A stretch of DNA of 35,513 nucleotides from an uncultured Sutterella sp. (lineage in GTDB: Bacteria > Pseudomonadota > Gammaproteobacteria > Burkholderiales > Burkholderiaceae_F), in the NCBI GenBank assembly GCA_902493085.1, contig CABUOH010000001.1, forward strand, positions 1 to 35,513, in the 5' to 3' direction. Below the pieces are notes generated by a model. The model worked only from the letters and a program-made list of their open reading frames with translations, was not told where the DNA came from and ran no database searches. Position numbers and translations under genes: made by a program. Positions 30,371 to 35,513 of this stretch are shown one piece after another; position 1 is the first letter of the stretch, and each line of letters begins with the position of its first letter.

Positions 30371-31021
30371 CTACGCCCCCTGAGCGTCAGTCTTCGCGTT
30401 GTTGCCGGACTCTAAATTTTTGAGGCGACTTTTAATCGAGGCTTCACTTTCAATCGTAAAACAGGTCACTACCTGCTTAACGCCGGAAACTTCAGAGGCC
30501 ACTTTGGCGGCGGTCCTCGCCTCTTCGCTTGTCACAATGCCCATCAGGTAAACGATGCCTCGCTGAACGTCTACCTTCATCTGATTAAGTGAAATCTTCT
30601 TGGTGCCGATGATTGAGCTTCGAACCTTCGTCGCCAACATTGAGTCCGAAAGAACCGAGCCGACGGAAGCCGGCGCCATCACGGCAAGTTCGTTCACCAC
30701 GGAATGCACGCCCATGCTCTTGACCGCCGTATCCTGGGCCTTCTGCCTGTCGGCGGCCGTAAGCACCTCTCCCGTCAACAGCACTTTGCCCTCATAGCTC
30801 GTAACAACGACGTGATGCTTTTCGTGTCCGATGATTTCGCCAATCTCGTAACGCACGCGCTTTTCCAACACTTCGTCGTCGACAATGCTGCCGGTCGTGC
30901 GACGGTCTGTAATAACGGTGGCAGATGTTACGGCTGCGCCGCCAATAAGAATCGGTGCACATCCGCTCAAGCCGACCGCCGCAATCGCAGCTGCCAGCAT
31001 GAACACTTTAGAAGCTGTCAT
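30371..31021 (-). CDS. dolP: Dual-BON-domain lipoprotein (YraP/DolP)
   Basis: Lipobox LSGC, DRRTTG..VDD, VLLTGEV, V.NEL, GIVYLMG.V. Confidence 0.85.
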   Translation of the reverse strand: MTASKVFMLAAAIAAVGLSGCAPILIGGAAVTSATVITDRRTTGSIVDDEVLEKRVRYEIGEIIGHEKHHVVVTSYEGKVLLTGEVLTAADRQKAQDTAVKSMGVHSVVNELAVMAPASVGSVLSDSMLATKVRSSIIGTKKISLNQMKVDVQRGIVYLMGIVTSEEARTAAKVASEVSGVKQVVTCFTIESEASIKSRLKNLESGNNAKTDAQGA

Positions 31022-31799
31022 ATTCTTCCCTTCTCCTCGCCTTTCCCAAGGCTTCCGTCGCGCGCTCGTCGGCGCGGCTCTGCTGCATGAACGGCATGAG
31101 CCATTCCCAATACTTTAAAAAGGCCCGCCGTCTCAACCATACCTTGCGACTGCGTCTGCGAATGTCGTCACGCTCAACCCACTGGCGAACCGTGACGTTG
31201 ACTGTCTCGAACCTGCATCCAAGCAACCTGGCGAGCGTCCCCTTGTCGGGATAAAAAGGCAGTTCCACCCATTCAACTCCCTTGGCAAAGAGATTCGCCA
31301 TGACAGATGGCCTTTCGCTATGAAGCATTAGCAATAATAATGCGCCGAGACGTTCCTCAACCGTGCCGGAATAATTGAGAAACATCCCCATTCTGTCGCA
31401 GATTGACGAAACGGATGAATACCCGGACAGTTCGTGCTGCCATTCAGGGGTCTGATCGGCAATCTTCAGCAACAGCTCCTGATTCACCACCAACACTTCG
31501 GTTGACGTCAAACACCAGTGACGCCTTGGCATACGATCCCGCACATACAGATTTTCATAATTGCCGCAAAATGCCCCCGGCCCTGCTATCGACAAAAGCA
31601 GAGGTTCGTCCCGCACGGGATCCAGAAGCGCCTTCACCACGAATCCGGAACGCACATACATCAGACTGCCAAACAAGCCGGGAGAAGCATAGATCACCTC
31701 GCCGCGCCGAAACTGCATGGGATGTCCGATTCCTGTCAAAACAAAACGCATCGACTGAGAAAGGCAAGGGGACATCCAAGGAATGACTTCAGAGGTCAT
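31008..31799 (-). CDS. Crp/Fnr-family transcriptional regulator
   Basis: FRRGEVIY, YVRSGFV cNMP-fold strands; VEERL helix; LARLLGCRFETV HTH. ATG at 31799; 14-nt overlap with dolP. Confidence 0.78.
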   Translation of the reverse strand: MTSEVIPWMSPCLSQSMRFVLTGIGHPMQFRRGEVIYASPGLFGSLMYVRSGFVVKALLDPVRDEPLLLSIAGPGAFCGNYENLYVRDRMPRRHWCLTSTEVLVVNQELLLKIADQTPEWQHELSGYSSVSSICDRMGMFLNYSGTVEERLGALLLLMLHSERPSVMANLFAKGVEWVELPFYPDKGTLARLLGCRFETVNVTVRQWVERDDIRRRSRKVWLRRRAFLKYWEWLMPFMQQSRADERATEALGKARRREEYDSF

Positions 31800-31820
31800 A
31801 AACAAAAATGTTTAAAAAAA

Positions 31821-32010
31821 TGTGGTCAACTTTGTGGATAACTTTCGGTGAAAAAATCTTCTTTTGTGGATAACTTTTTTGCGCACCTTGTTCGGCTCGA
31901 AATTGTCCCCAGCTTCTCCCATCTTTCCCACAAGAGATCCATAGGCTTGTCCACATGGTTTTCATAGGGCCATCTCATTGATTTTTCAAATCAAAAATAC
32001 GTTATCAACA
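31821..32010. promoter_or_regulatory. Left DnaA-box cluster
   Basis: TGTGGTCAA 31821, TGTGGATAA 31833 and 31865, TTGTCCCCA 31903, TTTCCCACA 31924, TTGTCCACA 31947, TTATCAACA 32002. Confidence 0.85.
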
Positions 32011-32020
32011 AGAATCGGCT

Positions 32021-32075
32021 TTACCTACTACTTACCACTACTAATATAAAGAAATAAAGAAGAATTAAATAGAGT
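32021..32075. other. DnaA-trio array and AT-rich DNA unwinding element
   Basis: TTACCTACTACTTACCACTACTAATATAAAGAAATAAAGAAGAATTAAAT, starting 10 nt after the 32002 box and following a short GGC. Confidence 0.75.
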
Positions 32076-32202
32076 AGAACTTCGCGAATATCCTTCAACT
32101 TTACACAAAAAACGGAAAAAAGTAGAAACCGCCAATTTGGGGAACGGAGCGCCGAGACCCAAAAGAGCCGCTTAAAATGCGCCGGTTTTTCGAAGTTCGC
32201 CT

Positions 32203-32245
32203 TGTGGATAAGTTGTGGGTTATCCTGTGTATTCTTTGTGGATTG
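32203..32245 (-). promoter_or_regulatory. Right DnaA-box array, co-oriented with 11-12 bp spacing
   Basis: TGTGGATAA 32203, TGTGGGTTA 32214, TGTGTATTC 32226, TGTGGATTG 32237. Confidence 0.75.
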
Positions 32246-32293
32246 CCGGAGGTTTTCCTTGCCCCTCAATCGTTTTTTCTTTGTTCGGTGAAC

Positions 32294-34324
32294 TCAGCCG
32301 CCGCGTCTTTCTAGGGATTGAAGGGCATAAATACCGTCCAAGGCGGCTTCTGCCGCCTTGCCGAAAGAGACCTTGGATCTCATGCTGCCTGCTGCTTCAA
32401 AAGGAATGCCTAGTTCGGTAAGTTCGTTCTGCAGATCAGCATTGGCTTCGCGGTCTCCAACTACGACGATATGGTCAACACGAAGGATTGTGGAACCTTC
32501 TTCGCCCACGCAACTGACGCGTACGGAATGACTGTCGATCTGCTCGACGTCGGCCTCATCAAAGATGTTCACGCCATGCATTCGGAGCCATTGGACTTCG
32601 TAAAGCCGGCGTTCTCTCAAAAAGAGCTCTTCCGTAGGTTCACTTGTTGGATTGATCAGATAGACCTTGCGAGGGGCAGCATTGAGATGAGGGATGACGC
32701 CGAGGGTGCCGCCGATGTGTTCAGCCGGATCACCGATGCCCCAGGCGCAGCACCATTCAGTGCAGTTTCTCAGGTCGTGCGTGCAGAGATATCGCGTGAC
32801 GTCTACGGCGACGTTTCCGCTTCCAATGACGGCGACCCGGTGCCCGACGGGCATGCAGCCCTGCAGCAAGTCTTCCAACGTGAGAACGTTGGGAGTGTCG
32901 ATGCCGGGAATGTCCGGCGTGCAGGATTCCTTGCCCGTGGCCAGCAGGATTCTGCTGCCGCTGTAATTGTCTTCAATCCATTGAGCGGTGGCGCGGGTAT
33001 TGCGTATGATTTCTACGCCAAGTTCAATGAGCTCGCGCTCCTGCACTTTGAGAAGTTCTTGAATATTGTTTCGGCCTTGAATTTTTGCACAAAGCCTGTA
33101 AAGACCGCCCAGTTCGGAGCCTTCATCGACAATTGTGACCTTATGGCCTCTCACAGCCCCCTCGCGGGCCGCGGCCATGCCGGCCGGGCCGCCGCCTACG
33201 ACGAGGATGTTGAGGCTGTCAGAATGCTTCTGAGGGCCTCTGAGGGCATGAGGAGAGGCAATGCAGCCCAATATCTCTCGCCCTTCCTGTTTGTCAAGGC
33301 AAAGGCAGCCTTGAGGACAGAGTGCACAGGGTCTGACCGGTTGGCCGGAATGGATGTGTTCCACCCATCGGGCATCTGCAATCAGAGGACGTCCGATCTC
33401 AATCAGGCTTGTGATGTTGTTCTGCAGGATCTCATCCATTCGATCCGGCCCCGGCATTCGATGTCCGAAGATGACGGGTACCTTGATCTCGCGGGAAAAT
33501 TTCTCCATAAAAGGCACCCATACGCCGGCGGGCGTAAGGTCGCTGTCGACGGGAACGCTGTTGGGGGTAAAGCCTATGTCGAAGCTGAAGAGATTGACGC
33601 CTTCATAATGCAGGGCTTGCGCAAAGGCAAGAAGATCGTGCCATTCGCTTCCCCCGGCGTGGAGATCCAGCAGTGAGAGCCTGTAGGACAGGATGGGGCT
33701 CGGGCCGATGAAGCTTCGGATTCGGCGGACGAGCTCGATAGCAAAGAGCGTGCGGGCTTGAAGTCCCCACTTGTCACGGCGGCGGTTGAAGAGCCGGCTG
33801 GAGAAGACGTTGGGCAATGAAAGTCGGCCGCCGTATATCTCCACGCCGTCGAATTCACCGTGCATGACGGCGTGGTAGGCAAAGAGCGCATATTGACTGA
33901 TCAGATGGCTCACCAAAATGCCGGGAGCCCGATGCAGCGTACGCTTGGTATCTCGATTTCGAAAACGTGAGGCAGAGACGGCGAACATGTGATCCGCCTC
34001 GGCGCCATGATGTTGAAGTTGCAGTAGAACCTTGGCGCCTGCGTCATGGATGACGGACGTTAGTCGAACCGCATTGTTGAGCAGGCTAGCGGTCAGAACG
34101 GGATCTTTCAGTTTCCGCAAGCCGGTTTCGTGTACGACGCCGTTGCCGACGATGAAAAGTCCGGGACCGTCGCCGCGGGCGCGTTCCTCGTAAAAGGCGA
34201 CGAGCCTCGGGTCCAGAAAGTCCTGCTTTTCAAGGCCGGTTTCGATGGGAGCCATGACGATCCTGTTTTTCAGGAAGTGCGCTCCCACCTTCAGCGGCAG
34301 AAACAGATGCGGATAGGCGGCCAT
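32294..34324 (-). CDS. fadH: FadH-like Old-Yellow-Enzyme/Fe-S/FAD oxidoreductase with a divergent active site
   Basis: YPHLF.PL..G...LKNR, TGLE, FYEERA, YRLSLLDL, CALCPQGC...C, VVGGGPAG; length (676 aa) and domain order match FadH. Confidence 0.75.
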   Translation of the reverse strand: MAAYPHLFLPLKVGAHFLKNRIVMAPIETGLEKQDFLDPRLVAFYEERARGDGPGLFIVGNGVVHETGLRKLKDPVLTASLLNNAVRLTSVIHDAGAKVLLQLQHHGAEADHMFAVSASRFRNRDTKRTLHRAPGILVSHLISQYALFAYHAVMHGEFDGVEIYGGRLSLPNVFSSRLFNRRRDKWGLQARTLFAIELVRRIRSFIGPSPILSYRLSLLDLHAGGSEWHDLLAFAQALHYEGVNLFSFDIGFTPNSVPVDSDLTPAGVWVPFMEKFSREIKVPVIFGHRMPGPDRMDEILQNNITSLIEIGRPLIADARWVEHIHSGQPVRPCALCPQGCLCLDKQEGREILGCIASPHALRGPQKHSDSLNILVVGGGPAGMAAAREGAVRGHKVTIVDEGSELGGLYRLCAKIQGRNNIQELLKVQERELIELGVEIIRNTRATAQWIEDNYSGSRILLATGKESCTPDIPGIDTPNVLTLEDLLQGCMPVGHRVAVIGSGNVAVDVTRYLCTHDLRNCTEWCCAWGIGDPAEHIGGTLGVIPHLNAAPRKVYLINPTSEPTEELFLRERRLYEVQWLRMHGVNIFDEADVEQIDSHSVRVSCVGEEGSTILRVDHIVVVGDREANADLQNELTELGIPFEAAGSMRSKVSFGKAAEAALDGIYALQSLERRGG

Positions 34325-34328
34325 GATG

Positions 34329-35267
34329 CTAGCGAAGCTTCTCCAAATGATGGATGCCGAAGGGCACCAGTACGGACGGCACGATATTGAGACTTGGCTT
34401 GAGATTGTTTGCCTGATCGTCGAAGAATATGTGCGGCTTGATGGCCTTGAGAAACGGCTGCTTGTCTAGGCCGTCAAGCAGAAAGAGCTCCGCTGCGCTC
34501 ATGCCGAAGCTTTTGAGCGTGGTGATCAGGCGTTGCTCGCTGGGCGCCCCACGGGCAGTGACGATGGAAATGCGGACGGCGGGTTCAAAATACGGATCGG
34601 AAGCTCCTCTGTGGTTGTAGTCAAAGCGCTGAAAGGCGGAAAGCTGTTCGAAGAGACGGCGCAACGGTCCGGGAGAGTGGGGCGTGGAAGCTTTTTCCTG
34701 CTCAAGTCGATGGAAGCCGGAAAGCCCTTCCTTCTGATATTCGCGCTCACTTTCATCATCGGCGATTACACCGTCAAAATCGAACGCTATGCGCAACGTA
34801 GGGCTATCGTCGTCTTCATCTTCAACGGGTGAAGGCATGACGAGTCCTGCGGGCTGTCCTGCAGCGATTGCATTGCGGACATTCTCAGGATTGGCACTGA
34901 GAAAAAGAGAAGCGTTGAAGGCTTCCAGGTAGGGATAAGTAGAGTGGCCGGAGGTGAAGCCGCCGGCTGAAATGGGCAGCTTGTAGTGGCGGCAGGAATG
35001 GAAGAAGCGCTGAGCCGTTTCGGGAGAGTTGCGCGAGAGCGCGATGACACGGAAGGGGGCCAGATCGCCGTAGAGCTCGTTGAGGGCAAGCAGGCGTTTT
35101 ACAAACGGGAAGGCCACCCCGGGGCGCAAAGGCGTGTTTTGGTAACGAACCTGATGATCTCTGAAGGCCTTGTAACCTTTTTCCTCGAAAAGCGCGTGCT
35201 CTTCCTCAAGGTCGAAGAGGGCTCTCGATGAGACGGCGATGACAACTTTTTCCTTGAGTTTGTCCAC
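34329..35267 (-). CDS. 5'-nucleotidase (cN-I-like HAD family)
   Basis: VIAVSSRALFDL, PGVAFPFV, LFLSAN, LRIAFDFDGV, VTARG, PHIFFDDQ. GTG at 35267 with AGGAGA RBS preferred; ATG at 35348 is possible. Confidence 0.85.
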   Translation of the reverse strand: MDKLKEKVVIAVSSRALFDLEEEHALFEEKGYKAFRDHQVRYQNTPLRPGVAFPFVKRLLALNELYGDLAPFRVIALSRNSPETAQRFFHSCRHYKLPISAGGFTSGHSTYPYLEAFNASLFLSANPENVRNAIAAGQPAGLVMPSPVEDEDDDSPTLRIAFDFDGVIADDESEREYQKEGLSGFHRLEQEKASTPHSPGPLRRLFEQLSAFQRFDYNHRGASDPYFEPAVRISIVTARGAPSEQRLITTLKSFGMSAAELFLLDGLDKQPFLKAIKPHIFFDDQANNLKPSLNIVPSVLVPFGIHHLEKLR

Positions 35268-35297
35268 GCTACGTTCTCCTGTGATTTGCGACGGCGC

Positions 35298-35332
35298 AAA
35301 CGGGAGAACCGGTTCTGATCGGTCTCCCGCTT
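35298..35332 (-). terminator. Hairpin after gyrB (weak terminator)
   Basis: Minus strand AAGCGGGAGACCG-atcagaac-CGGTTCTCCCGTTT, 8 nt after the gyrB stop; the U tract is short. Confidence 0.5.
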
Positions 35333-35340
35333 GATGGTCG

Positions 35341-35513
35341 TCAGGCATCGATGTTGCCGGCAAAGAGAGCGTTGGTCTCAATGAAGTCTCGGCGGGGTTC
35401 AACGACGTCACCCATCAGCATTGAGAAGATGGCGTCGGCGCTGGCTGCGTCTTCAATGCGGACGCGAAGCATGCGGCGCACGGACGGGTCCATGGTCGTC
35501 AGATTAAGCTGTT
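35341..35513 (-). CDS. gyrB: 3' end of DNA gyrase subunit B (truncated; absent from ORF track)
   Basis: Minus strand reads [56 protein letters not shown], the typical GyrB C-terminus. Confidence 0.93.
   Translation of the reverse strand, partial: QLNLTTMDPSVRRMLRVRIEDAASADAIFSMLMGDVVEPRRDFIETNALFAGNIDA

Larger units (their letters stand above)
31806..32293. other. oriC: Probable chromosomal replication origin (oriC)
   Basis: About 490 bp, AT-rich and non-coding. Perfect TGTGGATAA at 31833, 31865 and 32203; near-consensus boxes at 31924, 31947, 32002, 32099; trio repeats plus AT-rich tract at 32021-32075. Sampled GC skew changes from C>G to G>C across it. Confidence 0.88.

Noticed and set aside
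32021..32269. 82-aa minus-strand ORF with a hydrophobic tail
   Set aside because: Runs through DnaA boxes and the AT-rich DUE; the hydrophobicity comes from T-richness.
32471..33676. 401-aa plus-strand ORF
   Set aside because: Antisense shadow of the fadH-like gene.
35268..35411. N-terminal extension of the 5'-nucleotidase ORF
   Set aside because: Overlaps the gyrB 3' end and its hairpin; GTG 35267 has a good RBS.

Overview
A gene-dense housekeeping region from a Betaproteobacterium. Gene content and synteny point to Burkholderiales, probably Sutterellaceae (inference). Left to right: DUF4390 3' end, ntrY-ntrX-trkA-trkH, DUF1840, a regulatory PTS trio (EIIA-Man, HPr, EI), UPF0149, ampG-rsuA-xth, pyrE, gatCAB, mreBCD-mrdA-rodA-rlpA, M20 peptidase, a 71-aa orphan, HIT, birA-coaX-SPOR, a degenerate PBP5/DacA-like gene, ybeD-menA, Crp/Fnr-dolP, an AT-rich non-coding gap, a FadH-like flavoprotein, a 5'-nucleotidase and the gyrB 3' end. 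The main feature not explained by the ORF track is the 31806-32293 gap, which looks like the chromosomal replication origin. It has three perfect and several degenerate DnaA boxes, a DnaA-trio/AT-rich unwinding module and a GC-skew sign change. It lies about 3 kb downstream of gyrB rather than beside dnaA or gidA. Several intact ORFs have lost or altered key residues: the DacA-like protein lacks SxxK/SxN/KTG, the FadH-like protein lacks its Tyr/His dyad, BirA has Thr at the BioID R118 position, and TrkA has a degenerate second nucleotide site. No mobile elements, CRISPR arrays, rRNA or tRNA genes were seen. Family calls and residue alignments are from recalled motifs, not database searches.
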